37,212 bases of DNA from Candidatus Campbellbacteria bacterium CG22_combo_CG10-13_8_21_14_all_43_18 (GCA_002771565.1 PCTS01000034.1:877-38088); one strand, 5' to 3'. Positions 18,101 to 27,924 are shown, counted from the first letter of the stretch. Numbers and translations are program-made. The notes: generated by a model not told the origin, from the sequence alone.

Positions 18101-19072
18101 ATGAAAAGATTTCCAGCAATATTTTTAATCATCTTCTTTCTGCCGCTTTTGGCGGTAAGGGGGCAGAGCTTGGAAGAGTCGGGGGAACTCGTTCCGGCTC
18201 TTTCTCCCGAGGCGCCAGGGCCCGGAGAAAACCTAACCATTAGAGTTTCCTCTCCGGATGTTTCCCTGGCGGGCTTTTTAATTTTATGGAGAGAAAACGG
18301 GGTTTTGAAAAAAGAAGGGGTGGGAGAAACTCTTTATGAGACCAAAACGGGACCGGCGGGCTCTGTCCTGAACATTTCGGTTTCCGCCCGCAGGGCAAAC
18401 GAGTTTCTAAGCAAGGAAATAAGTGTCAGGCCGGCGGAAGCCAGTCTTGTTTGGGAGGCGGATGTTTATACTCCGATGTTTTACCAAGGAAAAGGTTTAG
18501 CCTCCCACCAGTCCGAAGTCCGCTTTGTCGCTTTGGTTGATATGTTTGACAATTCGGGCAAAAAGGCCTCCCCGCAAAATATTTTTTACGAATGGTCGGT
18601 CGGAAACAAAGTTGACAAGGGCCGGTCCGGCTTAGGTAAAGATACTTTCCGATTGCGCGGAGAGATTGTTTCAAGAAGCAAAGACGTTTTGCTTCTGGCT
18701 TCTTTGCCGAACACGAACATCAAAGCCCGCGCCGGAGTTTTGCTTGATTTTGTCGAGCCGGAATTGTTGGTTTACAAAGAAAACCCGCTCTCGGGATTGA
18801 GAGAAAGCGAGGTCGCGAGGTCCGTACCCATAGAAGAGGGAGAGGCGACATTTGTGGCCGAGCCGTATTTTTTCTCTCGGGACATCTTTAACTCGGGCAG
18901 GCTTGCTTTTGATTGGAGGGTGGGGGGGAGAAAAATTGAAAACCTCAAAACCTCCAACAAAATTACCATCGGCGGAGAGAATAAGGGAAGTTCCGCCGTC
19001 TCGGTTTCCGTTTTGAACCCCGTCTCTTTTTTACAAAAAGCTTTCGCTTCGTTTAGTGTTGTTTTAAGATAA
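18101..19072 (+). CDS. Exported beta-rich (Ig-like) hypothetical protein
   Basis: Signal peptide MKRFPAIFLIIFFLPLLAVRG; repeated beta-sandwich-like segments with [FY].W..[NG]G motifs; LVWEADVYTPMFYQGK. Confidence 0.8.
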   Translation: MKRFPAIFLIIFFLPLLAVRGQSLEESGELVPALSPEAPGPGENLTIRVSSPDVSLAGFLILWRENGVLKKEGVGETLYETKTGPAGSVLNISVSARRANEFLSKEISVRPAEASLVWEADVYTPMFYQGKGLASHQSEVRFVALVDMFDNSGKKASPQNIFYEWSVGNKVDKGRSGLGKDTFRLRGEIVSRSKDVLLLASLPNTNIKARAGVLLDFVEPELLVYKENPLSGLRESEVARSVPIEEGEATFVAEPYFFSRDIFNSGRLAFDWRVGGRKIENLKTSNKITIGGENKGSSAVSVSVLNPVSFLQKAFASFSVVLR

Positions 19073-19092
19073 GCCCCGAAGATAAAATCATT

Positions 19093-19506
19093 GTGAAGAA
19101 AAAAATCGGAAAAAAAATGTTTGTCTTTTTTATAGTCTTTTTTGCGGTTTGGTCTTTCTGGAATACGGCTTTCTCCCAAGATACTTACGACCCCATTTCT
19201 CCCGACCTGCCGATTGAAAGCCTGCAGAAAGGAAGGGTTCCTTCTTTGGGGGAGTACCTGAACGAGATATTTACTTTTACTTTGGCCATAGCGGCTCTGC
19301 TGGCGGTTATTCGGATAACAATGGGGGGAATCACGTATATGACAAGCAGTAGCGGCGGGGCAACGGGAGAAGCTAGAGAGACCATAAAGTCCGCCGTTTT
19401 GGGGCTTCTGGTTATCTTGGCCACCTATCTCATCCTAAACCAAATAAATCCGGACATTTTGAGATTCGATATCGGGGGAAGAGAGGTTAATGAAATAACG
19501 AAATAA
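19093..19506 (+). CDS. TrbC/VirB2-like pilin
   Basis: Signal sequence plus two hydrophobic helices joined by GGITYMTS..G....EARETIKSAVLGL, followed by YLILNQINPDIL. Confidence 0.8.
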   Translation: MKKKIGKKMFVFFIVFFAVWSFWNTAFSQDTYDPISPDLPIESLQKGRVPSLGEYLNEIFTFTLAIAALLAVIRITMGGITYMTSSSGGATGEARETIKSAVLGLLVILATYLILNQINPDILRFDIGGREVNEITK

Positions 19507-19531
19507 GAAAATTTGACTCTGATAAAAGACT

Positions 19532-20794
19532 ATGAATAAAAAATTTTTGCTTATTATAATAATCGCGGTTATAGCGACCCTTGGGTTGTTGTTTTTTTTG
19601 AGAGCGAGCCAAAGTCAAGACGGCCCGGATGATTTTTCCGCCGACGAAAAGAACCCCATCTTCGGCGGGAGCGGAAACCGAAATGAAGACGGTTTGGCCG
19701 GAGAAGAGAGCGTCGAAGAAAAATCGGAGTTCGGTTTGGGGGGAGGAAAAAATCTCCCGCGGCTCCGAAAAATCACTTTCAAGGAAATATCGGGCTTTGG
19801 GCTTTTTGGGAATAAAGGAACAACAACCATTCGTTTTGTTGACAAAGAGTCCGGTAATGTTTTTGAAACGAACACAAAAACCTCGGAAACAAAAAGAATA
19901 ACGAATACGACCATCTTGCGAACCGTCAATTCCTGGTGGTTTGATGAAAGCAGGTTTTTATTAAGATATGTTGACGAAGAAAACAATATTCAAACTTTCT
20001 CGGCGGAAATACAAAAAGAAGCGGAAGACGGAGCGCTTCCTCTCTCCGGAGTTTTTCTTGACAGCGGAATAAAGAGCTTGAGCGTCTTCGGCCAAAATGT
20101 TTTTCATCTTGAAGAGGGAGGGGGAAGCCGGGGAATTGTTTCTTCCTACGGAACTCTAAATAAAAATGTCGTTCTGGAAACCCCGCTTGAAGAAATCATT
20201 CCGATTTTCTACGCCCAAAATAGCCTGGCCGTCGGAACAAAACCCTCTTATCTGTCGGCCGGTTTTATTTTTTTGCTAAACACAAGCACCGGAAATCTGG
20301 AAAAACTTTTGGGAGGAGAAAGGGGGTTTTACGGAAACATTCTGAATGAGAAGGGGGATGTTCTCTTCAGCCTAGGCAAAAATACCGGAGTATCCCTGTG
20401 GTTTTGGGAGAGAGAGAAGAATAAAAGTTTGAAGCTTTCCAAAGAAACTTTGGTGGAAAAATGCGCCTGGAGAGAGGAAGAAAAATCGCTCTATTGCGCC
20501 GTTCCGGAAGATACGGGCTTCATCGGTCTGCCGGATATTTGGTATAAAGGACTGGTTTCTTTTTCCGACAGTCTTTGGAAAATAAATGTTGAAACAAACG
20601 AATCAAAGCTTCTGTCGGATCTCAACTTGGAGTCCGGAGAGCGGGTGGATGCCCTTGAAATCAGGTTGGATGAGGGCGGAGAGAACCTCTTCTTTGTAAA
20701 TAAAAAAGACGGAACACTCTGGTCTTTAGTCCTGGAAAAAAAGGAGGTGGAGGCGTTCGGAGCGTCTAATCGGGGAATTCCTGAAAGCGAATAA
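19532..20794 (+). CDS. Membrane-anchored hypothetical protein (possible beta-propeller)
   Basis: 420 aa with an N-terminal TM anchor, a beta-rich body and the KCAW...LYCAVP...LPDIWYKG motif. Confidence 0.8.
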   Translation: MNKKFLLIIIIAVIATLGLLFFLRASQSQDGPDDFSADEKNPIFGGSGNRNEDGLAGEESVEEKSEFGLGGGKNLPRLRKITFKEISGFGLFGNKGTTTIRFVDKESGNVFETNTKTSETKRITNTTILRTVNSWWFDESRFLLRYVDEENNIQTFSAEIQKEAEDGALPLSGVFLDSGIKSLSVFGQNVFHLEEGGGSRGIVSSYGTLNKNVVLETPLEEIIPIFYAQNSLAVGTKPSYLSAGFIFLLNTSTGNLEKLLGGERGFYGNILNEKGDVLFSLGKNTGVSLWFWEREKNKSLKLSKETLVEKCAWREEEKSLYCAVPEDTGFIGLPDIWYKGLVSFSDSLWKINVETNESKLLSDLNLESGERVDALEIRLDEGGENLFFVNKKDGTLWSLVLEKKEVEAFGASNRGIPESE

Positions 20795-21227
20795 TAACCC
20801 TTCTGCTCGGCCCGAAGCCGACGGACTCCGTTTTGAGGTCCGAAAAATCCGCAAAAGTTGAGTGAACTATCATTCTCTCATAGGATGTCATCGGATTCAT
20901 TTCAACGTCTTTCTTAAAAAACCGAGCTCTTTCTCCTAAAATGACGGCTTTATTTTTGATGTCTTTTATCCTGTTGTTCTGGTAGTCTCCGATATCAATA
21001 AAATAGTTTTCCCGCCCTTCTTTCTCTTCGTCCCCGGAGAGTATTTTTTTGAGAAGATGGCTTAATGAAAGCAGAGTCTCTCCTTTGTTGCCGATAAGCA
21101 AAGCCGCCTCGGGTGTGATGATGACATATCTCGGGGTGTCGTTAAGATGGCTGTCTTTTTTTTCAACCGATTCAAATTCCACACCGAGTTTTTTCAAAAA
21201 CTCTTTGATTTTATCCGTTTTGTCCAT
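20766..21227 (-). CDS. jag: Jag/KhpB RNA-binding protein (KH + R3H)
   Basis: LLIGNKGETLLSL (KH domain), PMTSYERMIVH (R3H domain), TESVGFGPSRRVII; downstream of yidC. Confidence 0.92.
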   Translation of the reverse strand: MDKTDKIKEFLKKLGVEFESVEKKDSHLNDTPRYVIITPEAALLIGNKGETLLSLSHLLKKILSGDEEKEGRENYFIDIGDYQNNRIKDIKNKAVILGERARFFKKDVEMNPMTSYERMIVHSTFADFSDLKTESVGFGPSRRVIIRFQEFPD

Positions 21228-21957
21228 TTTTATTTTTTTGATTTGAGTTTCTCCTGGCGTAAAGCTCTTGTCCTATCATAAAAACGTTGCTGGTCGTCCA
21301 ATAAAGAGCCACGGCCGCCGAAATGCTCCAGGCGATAAAGAATATCAGAACCGGAAAAACATATTTCATCTGCAAACTTAAACTCCTTTGAAAATCCGCT
21401 CCCAGGCCGCCCGCTTTTTTATCCGGTGTTTTGGGGCCGGCGAGCCTGGCTTGGAAAAACTGGCTTATGCCGGCCAAAGCCGCTATAACCGCGCTTTTTT
21501 CCGAAACATTAATCAGCCCCAGGAAAACCATTTTTATGTTTGCCGGAGCGGAAACAAAAAAATACAAGATATCTTTATTTACCTCCGGAAAGCCGCCCCG
21601 CAGAAAGATAAAATAGAGGGCGAAAATAATGGGAATTTGAATAAATATAAGAAGTATTCCGGAAAAGGGATTGATTCCTTCTTCTTTATATAAAGCCATT
21701 GTTTTGACAGCTTGTTCTTGTTTGTCTTTATATTTTTCTTTTATTTCTTGAAGTTTCGGTTCTATTTTTTTGATAGCCACCTGTGTTCTAACCTGTTTTT
21801 GAGAGAGAGGAAAGAGAGCTAGTTTGACCAGAAGAGTAAAAAGAATGACCGCAAGCCCTAAGTCAAGCCAGGGGAAAACATCCAAGAGAAGAATTAGGCC
21901 ATTGTAGAGAGGGTTATAAAAAAGAGTGTTAAAAAGGTTTGCAATCACACAAACCAT
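21211..21957 (-). CDS. yidC: Membrane protein insertase YidC/Oxa1
   Basis: AVILFTLLVKLALFPL, IEPKLQEIKEKYKD, LYKEEGINPFSG, IQIPI, ALYWTTSNVF. Confidence 0.95.
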   Translation of the reverse strand: MVCVIANLFNTLFYNPLYNGLILLLDVFPWLDLGLAVILFTLLVKLALFPLSQKQVRTQVAIKKIEPKLQEIKEKYKDKQEQAVKTMALYKEEGINPFSGILLIFIQIPIIFALYFIFLRGGFPEVNKDILYFFVSAPANIKMVFLGLINVSEKSAVIAALAGISQFFQARLAGPKTPDKKAGGLGADFQRSLSLQMKYVFPVLIFFIAWSISAAVALYWTTSNVFMIGQELYARRNSNQKNKNGQNG

Positions 21958-21979
21958 TCTACACCAGGATTTTCCAAAA

Positions 21980-22219
21980 CTAAAGTCTCTTTAGGAGCTC
22001 TTTTTTAAGCTCTTCGATTTTTTTATGAAGAATTTTCTTTCCGGCATAGACAATAATCGTCTCTTGGGGGAATTTTTTCCCAAAAATATCCGCCAGAGCC
22101 GCCCGCAGTCTTCTTTTAATGAGATTGCGCTCCGTTCGGAGAGGAAAAAGTTTTTTGGGAACAATAATATGAAAAGAGGGTTTGGTTCCCGGCCTTTTTG
22201 AAACAGAGAGCGGCGACAT
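21980..22219 (-). CDS. rnpA: RNase P protein component, shortened
   Basis: IIVPKK....RTERNLIKRRLR (RNR-type motif); canonical position between rpmH and yidC. Confidence 0.85.
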   Translation of the reverse strand: MSPLSVSKRPGTKPSFHIIVPKKLFPLRTERNLIKRRLRAALADIFGKKFPQETIIVYAGKKILHKKIEELKKELLKRL

Positions 22220-22228
22220 AGTTTGAAG

Positions 22229-22363
22229 TCAAACGGAGAGTTTTTTCCTCCCTTTAGACCTTCTTTTGGAAAGAACTCTCTTCCCGGACGGGGTGCGCGA
22301 TCTTACCAAAAATCCGTGGGTTTTTTGTCTTTTTCTTTTTTTAGGGTTGTATGTTTTAGACAC
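22229..22363 (-). CDS. rpmH: 50S ribosomal protein L34 (absent from the ORF track)
   Basis: Translated by hand from [47 protein letters not shown], 44 aa; divergent from dnaA. Confidence 0.96.
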   Translation of the reverse strand: MSKTYNPKKRKRQKTHGFLVRSRTPSGKRVLSKRRSKGRKKLSV

Positions 22364-22372
22364 GGAAAGCTA

Positions 22373-22400
22373 ACTATATTTTTAAAAGGGCGGCTGTCAA
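22373..22400 (-). promoter_or_regulatory. rpmH operon promoter
   Basis: Minus strand reads TTGACA, 16 nt, TATAGT, 9 nt, GTG start. Confidence 0.7.
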
Positions 22401-22427
22401 GTTTTTTTCATGAAAATAACCGCTCTT

Positions 22428-22458
22428 TTACACACATTATAAACACCTTGTTAACACA
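22428..22458 (+). promoter_or_regulatory. Cluster of degenerate DnaA boxes upstream of dnaA
   Basis: TTACACACA (22428), TTATAAACA (22437) and GTTAACACA (22450). Confidence 0.55.
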
Positions 22459-22514
22459 AAGCAATGTTTTTGACAAGTTGGGCAGTCTTCTTAAAGAGAT
22501 ATAATAGCAGAGAT

Positions 22515-23861
22515 ATGAGTATGAACAATCAACAACTCTGGGAAAGCGCCATGATTGAGATTGAGTTGAGTGTTTCTCCGGCTAATTTTAAGACCTGGTT
22601 TAAAAACACCTTTGTTTTGAGGCAGGAAGAAGGGATTGTTTCCGTGGCTGTGCCGAGTGAGTTTGTCCGCGGCTGGCTCCAGAACAAATTCCATAAACTT
22701 ATAATGAAGACTTTGCGCTCTTTATCAAACAACGTCAGGTCAATAGAATATGTCGTCTCAAAAGAAAGGCCGTCTCTGAATAAAGGCCTGGAAATGGGAG
22801 CGGGTTTTGGAAAAATAGAGCTCCCTTTGGATAATTTTTTTGTAAACAAAAAAGACAACCTTAACCCAAGATATGATTTTGATTCCTTTGTGGTCGGTTC
22901 TTTCAACGAGCTGGCCTACGCCGCCGCCCAAGCGGTTATAAAAAAACCCGGAGGAGCCTACAACCCCCTTTTTGTTTACGGCCCGACGGGAGTCGGCAAG
23001 ACGCACTTAATACAAGCCATCGGAAACAAAACACGAGATACCTTTCCGAACAAAAGCATTTATTATCTGACCTCGGAAAAGTTTGTCGTGGATTACACAA
23101 ACTCCATTCAAGCAAACACCGTCAGTTCTTTCAAAGAAAAATACAGAAAACACGGGGTTATAATTATGGACGACATTCAGTTCTTCTCAAATAAAGAAAA
23201 AACCCAAGAAGAGTTGTTTCATTTGTTCAACACCCTTTATGAAAATGGCGGGCAAATAATTTTTTCCTCGGATCGCCACCCGAATTTTATCCCCGGACTG
23301 GAGGATAGACTTAAATCAAGGTTCGCCCAGGGAATGATTGTTGATATTTCTCCGCCCGACCACGAATCAAGAATTGCTATTATTAAAAAAAAGGCGACAC
23401 AGAACGGTTTTCTAATACCGGACGAAGTTGTTGATTATTTAGCTATTTCGGTTGAAGGAAGTATCAGAGAGTTGGAGGGACTTCTGAACTCCATTATCTG
23501 TCAGGCCCAGCTTAAAAATAAAACTCCGGATTTGAATGATATTAAAAATTTAGTCAAGAACAATCTTAAGCCGAAAAAGATGGTTCCGATTGAAAATATT
23601 GTTAAAACCGTGGCCGGTTATTATAATATTGAACCGGAAATTATTTACAAAAAAACCAGAAAAAAAGAAATAGTCAAGCCGAGACAGCTTATTATGTATA
23701 TTTTAAGGGAAGATTATAATATACCTTATCCGACAATAGGACAAAAACTTGGAGGAAGAGACCACACAACCGTTATTCACTCTTATGAAAAAATAAAAAG
23801 AGAATTGAAAGAAGGAAGTTCAATAATTCAGGAAATTGAACAATTAAGGTCAATGTTATAA
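22515..23861 (+). CDS. dnaA: Chromosomal replication initiator DnaA
   Basis: LNPRYDFDSFVVG, YNPLFVYGPTGVGKTHL, MDDIQF, TQEELFHLFN, RLKSRF, GGRDHTTVIH. Start is 22515 or 22521; TATAAT lies at 22500-22505. Confidence 0.98.
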   Translation: MSMNNQQLWESAMIEIELSVSPANFKTWFKNTFVLRQEEGIVSVAVPSEFVRGWLQNKFHKLIMKTLRSLSNNVRSIEYVVSKERPSLNKGLEMGAGFGKIELPLDNFFVNKKDNLNPRYDFDSFVVGSFNELAYAAAQAVIKKPGGAYNPLFVYGPTGVGKTHLIQAIGNKTRDTFPNKSIYYLTSEKFVVDYTNSIQANTVSSFKEKYRKHGVIIMDDIQFFSNKEKTQEELFHLFNTLYENGGQIIFSSDRHPNFIPGLEDRLKSRFAQGMIVDISPPDHESRIAIIKKKATQNGFLIPDEVVDYLAISVEGSIRELEGLLNSIICQAQLKNKTPDLNDIKNLVKNNLKPKKMVPIENIVKTVAGYYNIEPEIIYKKTRKKEIVKPRQLIMYILREDYNIPYPTIGQKLGGRDHTTVIHSYEKIKRELKEGSSIIQEIEQLRSML

Positions 23862-24084
23862 CTTTGTTAAAAAACGAAGAATAAACTGTTTAAAAGTTTT
23901 ATAAATAATTTAAAAAAAACAAAACTTATTTTAATAAAAAAATAATCATTAACTTTTCCCAAAGAAATCAATAATCAAACAAAAAATAATAAAAACAAAG
24001 AAAGCCCCAAATAAAACTTATCAACCTATTCACACCCCTAATAATAGTATTAACTTTATAAAGAAATAATTTATTACCACTATT
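23862..24084. other. Probable oriC / DNA-unwinding region
   Basis: Extremely AT-rich 223-bp dnaA-dnaN spacer with near-consensus boxes TTATCAACC (24018) and CTATTCACA (24026). Confidence 0.65.
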
Positions 24085-25182
24085 ATGAAATTTATTTGTT
24101 GGAAAGAAGATTTGGAAAAAGTTTTAATCAAAGCCGAAAGGATTACCGGAAAAAACACAACCTTGCCGGTTTTGAGAGGAATTTTTTTTGATGTTGGTGA
24201 AAAAATAATAGTTAAGTCCACAAATCTTGATATTGGTTTGGAGATGGAAGTTTTTGGAAAAAAAGAAAAAGAAGGAAAAATTCTTGTTGATGGAAATGTT
24301 TTGTTTAATGTTATTTCAAATATTAAAAAAAATATAAAACTGGAAATAAAAAAAGAAGATAAAAAAATGGCTATTTCCGGAGAAAAAATCAAAGCTAATA
24401 TAGCAACCCTGCCGGAGGAAGATTTTCCTTCCATACCGAAAATAAAAAAAGAAGATGAATTTTTTCTATCGCCGCAAAAAATAACAAAGGGTCTGAAATC
24501 GGTTTGGTTTAGCGCCTCAAACTCAAACATAAAGCCGGAACTATCCGGAATTTACATTTACAAAAGCGGAGAAAAAATAATTTTTGTCTCAACAGACTCC
24601 TTCAGACTTTCCGAAAAAAGCATTCCCATTGAAAATCTCAAGGAGTTTGAGGCTTTTCTTTTACCAACAAAGAATATTCCGGAAATAATCCGTGTTTTAG
24701 AAGGAGAAGAGAAGGATGTTGGAGTCGTTTTAGGAGAAAGTCAAATCTCTTTTTTTTCTGATAATTTATATTTAACATCAAGAATAATCAGCGCCGATTT
24801 TCCGGATTACAAACAAATAATACCGAAAGAAATAAAAACAACGGCGGTTGTTTTGAAAGAAGATTTTTTTTCATCACTCAAGCTGGCCAACATTTTCGCG
24901 GATAAATTCAATCAAATTATTTTTAAAATAGACACCGATAAAAAATTTTTTCGCGTTGAATCAAAAAACCCGGAAAAAGGAGAACACACAAGCGATATTG
25001 AAGCTTCTCTTGAAGGAGAGTCTTTAGAAATAGGTTTTAATTATAGGTATATTATGGATGTTTTCGCTTCCATTCCTTCCGACAGCCTAAGTCTTTCTTT
25101 TTCCGGTCCCGGCCGCCCCCTTTTAATCAAAGGAGTTTCAGACGGCTCTTTTTTATACATCGTTATGCCGATGAACAAATAA
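24085..25182 (+). CDS. dnaN: DNA polymerase III beta clamp
   Basis: TLPVLRGI, STNLDIG, EDFPSIP, VSTDSFRL, FPDYKQIIP, IGFNYRY, YIVMPM. Confidence 0.97.
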   Translation: MKFICWKEDLEKVLIKAERITGKNTTLPVLRGIFFDVGEKIIVKSTNLDIGLEMEVFGKKEKEGKILVDGNVLFNVISNIKKNIKLEIKKEDKKMAISGEKIKANIATLPEEDFPSIPKIKKEDEFFLSPQKITKGLKSVWFSASNSNIKPELSGIYIYKSGEKIIFVSTDSFRLSEKSIPIENLKEFEAFLLPTKNIPEIIRVLEGEEKDVGVVLGESQISFFSDNLYLTSRIISADFPDYKQIIPKEIKTTAVVLKEDFFSSLKLANIFADKFNQIIFKIDTDKKFFRVESKNPEKGEHTSDIEASLEGESLEIGFNYRYIMDVFASIPSDSLSLSFSGPGRPLLIKGVSDGSFLYIVMPMNK

Positions 25183-25196
25183 GATAAATAGTTATT

Positions 25197-25682
25197 ATGC
25201 TGGTTTTAGCCATAGACCCTGGATATGAAAGACTCGGAATTGCCATTCTAAAAAAAAACAAAAATAAAGAAGAATTGGTTTACTCCGATTGTTTTGAAAC
25301 AAAAAAAGAAATTCTTTTTAAAAAAAGATTTAATTTTTTGGGGCGGGAGATAAGAAGAATTATTAAAAAATTCAAGCCGGAAATCCTGGCCATAGAGAGT
25401 GTTTTTTTTAATAAAAATCAAAAAACGGCCATGAAGGTCTCGGAAATTAGAGGGGCCATCATAAACATTGCCTTATTTTATAATCTTGAAATAAGAGAAT
25501 TTACCCCCCTTCAAGTAAAGGTGGCCGTCACCGGCTACGGCCGAGCTCCCAAAAACCAGGTTATTGAAATGGTTAAAAAACTTATAAAAATTGACGATAG
25601 AAAAAGAAAAGATGACGAGTTTGACGCCATCGCCGTCGGCCTGACTTGCTTGGCCTCGGAAGTTCTTCTAAAAAAACAATAA
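25197..25682 (+). CDS. ruvC: Holliday junction resolvase RuvC
   Basis: LAIDPG, AIESVFF, TPLQVKVAVTGYGRAPK, DDEFDAIAVG. Confidence 0.95.
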   Translation: MLVLAIDPGYERLGIAILKKNKNKEELVYSDCFETKKEILFKKRFNFLGREIRRIIKKFKPEILAIESVFFNKNQKTAMKVSEIRGAIINIALFYNLEIREFTPLQVKVAVTGYGRAPKNQVIEMVKKLIKIDDRKRKDDEFDAIAVGLTCLASEVLLKKQ

Positions 25683-25707
25683 ACTCCCGTTACTGACGCA
25701 AACCAAA

Positions 25708-27924
25708 ATGAGAAAAAAAAGAAAGAACAAGTTTCATCATAAAATTATCCCCTTTTTACTCGGCCTGGGCTTTGTTTTACTCGGCCTGATTTTTGTCTGG
25801 GTTTCAACATTCAAAATACCGGACCTGGAGAATTTTGAAGAAAGAAAAATTCAACAATCAACCAAGATCTACGACCGCACAGGAGAGGTTCTTCTCTATG
25901 ATCTGCACCAAAACATCAAAAGAAGAGTCGTTCCTCTGGAAGAAATATCCAGAAACATCAAAAATGCCACGGTTGCCATAGAGGACGCGGAATTTTATGA
26001 GCACCGCGGAGTAAGGCCCCTGGCTTTTTTAAGGGCCGTTTTAACAAACCTGAAAGATCTAGAATTCAGTCAGGGAGGCTCAACCATAACCCAGCAAGTT
26101 ATAAAAAACTCTATTCTGACAAGCGAGAAAAAAATTTCCAGAAAAATAAAAGAGTGGGTCTTAGCTCTCAAAATAGAAAAAGAAATGACCAAAGATGAAA
26201 TTTTAGCTCTTTATCTGAACGAGGTTCCTTATGGAGGAAGCATTTATGGGGTAGAGGAGGCCAGCCAGTCTTTTTTTGGCAAGAGCTCCAAAGACCTAAG
26301 GCTTTCCGAATCAACCTATTTGGCCGCTCTTCCGCAAGCTCCGACTTTTTACTCGCCTTACGGTAACAATCGAGATAAATTGGAGGAAAGAAAAAATCTC
26401 GTTTTGTTTAGAATGCTGGAGGAAGGTTTTATAACCGAAAAAGAGTATAAAGAAGCGAGAGAAGAGATTGTTCCTTTCAGACAAAGAGAAGATGTCGGCA
26501 TTAAAGCCCCCCACTTTGTTTTTTATGTTATAGAGGAACTGGAGAGTCTCTACGGCAAAAGGGCTCTGGAGGAAGAAGGCTTTAAGGTTATAACCAGCTT
26601 GGATTATTCTCTTCAGGAAAAGGCCGAAGAAATAGTAAAAAAATTTGCTCTGGAAAACAAAGAAAAATTTAACGCCGAAAACGCCGGACTGGTGGCCACT
26701 TCCCCCCAAACCGGAGAAATTTTGGTTATGGTCGGTTCGCGCAATTATTTTGACGGAGAAATAGACGGAAATTTTAATGTTACCATTTCCCAAAGACAAC
26801 CGGGCTCCGCTTTCAAGCCCTTTGTTTACGCCACGGCTTTTTCCAAAGGCTACACTCCGGAAACCGTGGTTTTTGACCTTCAAACCCAATTCTCCACCAC
26901 CTGCACCTCCGAAGGAACGCCTCTTCTTGGTTTTGATCCGGAGAGTTGTTATCTGCCGGTAAATTATGACAATGTCTATCGTGGTCCGGTTACACTCCGA
27001 AACGCCCTAGCCCAGTCTCTGAACATCCCATCCATTAAAACTCTTTACCTTTCGGGACTGAAAGACTCTCTTCAGACGGCCGAGAAAATGGGAATCTCAA
27101 CTCTCTCCGACATAAACCGTTACGGCCTGACCTTGGTTTTGGGGGGCGGGGAAGTTTCTCTTCTTGAGCTGACGAGCGCCTACTCCGTTTTTGCAAACGA
27201 AGGTAAAAGAAATCAACAGACGGCCATATTGAAAGTTGAAGACTCCTCCGGAAACCTGCTGCAGGAATCAAACCCCAGTCCGGTAAAAGTTTTGGATGAA
27301 AACATCGCTTTAACCATTTCCGACATTCTCTCTGACAACGAAGCCAGAACCCCGGCCTTCGGAGCAAGCTCCCTTCTTTATTTTCCCGGCAAAGATGTCG
27401 CCGTCAAAACAGGCACCACCAACGATTACCGCGACGCTTGGATTATTGGCTATACTCCGAACATTGCCGTCGGAGCCTGGGCCGGCAATAATGACAATAG
27501 TTCCATGGAGAAAAAGGTGGCGGGTTTTATTATTGCCCCCCTGTGGAACGCTTTTATGAATGAGATTCTTGAAGTCCGTCCCGCCCCCCCTTTCCGCGGT
27601 CCCAAAAAAGAAAGAGCGGAAGGCCTGAAGCCCGTTCTAAGAGGTGATTGGCAGGGAAGCGAAATTCTCTTGGTTGACAAAAGAACCGGAAAGCCGGCCG
27701 CAGACGGCGCGCCGCCGGAAGAAACGGAGGAAAGACAAACAACAAGCGTCCACAACATTCTTTATTGGCTTGACAAAAACAATCCGCGGGGAGAAAAGCC
27801 CCAAAATCCGCAAGCCGACCCGCAGTTTAAGCTGTGGGAAAAGCCGGTCAGGGACTGGGTTCAGAAAAACCGTATTATAGAAAATCTTCCGCTTGCCACC
27901 CCTAACTTATCATCAAGTCTTTGA
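25708..27924 (+). CDS. Class A penicillin-binding protein (PBP1A family)
   Basis: Transglycosylase motifs EDAEFYEH, GGSTITQQ and RKIKE; transpeptidase motifs SAFK, SLN and KTG. Confidence 0.95.
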   Translation: MRKKRKNKFHHKIIPFLLGLGFVLLGLIFVWVSTFKIPDLENFEERKIQQSTKIYDRTGEVLLYDLHQNIKRRVVPLEEISRNIKNATVAIEDAEFYEHRGVRPLAFLRAVLTNLKDLEFSQGGSTITQQVIKNSILTSEKKISRKIKEWVLALKIEKEMTKDEILALYLNEVPYGGSIYGVEEASQSFFGKSSKDLRLSESTYLAALPQAPTFYSPYGNNRDKLEERKNLVLFRMLEEGFITEKEYKEAREEIVPFRQREDVGIKAPHFVFYVIEELESLYGKRALEEEGFKVITSLDYSLQEKAEEIVKKFALENKEKFNAENAGLVATSPQTGEILVMVGSRNYFDGEIDGNFNVTISQRQPGSAFKPFVYATAFSKGYTPETVVFDLQTQFSTTCTSEGTPLLGFDPESCYLPVNYDNVYRGPVTLRNALAQSLNIPSIKTLYLSGLKDSLQTAEKMGISTLSDINRYGLTLVLGGGEVSLLELTSAYSVFANEGKRNQQTAILKVEDSSGNLLQESNPSPVKVLDENIALTISDILSDNEARTPAFGASSLLYFPGKDVAVKTGTTNDYRDAWIIGYTPNIAVGAWAGNNDNSSMEKKVAGFIIAPLWNAFMNEILEVRPAPPFRGPKKERAEGLKPVLRGDWQGSEILLVDKRTGKPAADGAPPEETEERQTTSVHNILYWLDKNNPRGEKPQNPQADPQFKLWEKPVRDWVQKNRIIENLPLATPNLSSSL

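Noticed and set aside
22223..22504. 93-aa plus-strand ORF and the 22464 start of dnaA
   Set aside because: The ORF is antisense to rpmH and spans the promoter region; the dnaA -10 box lies downstream of 22464.
22364..24084. A GC-skew switch at the origin
   Set aside because: Spot checks by eye were too noisy; a cumulative skew calculation on the whole contig is needed.
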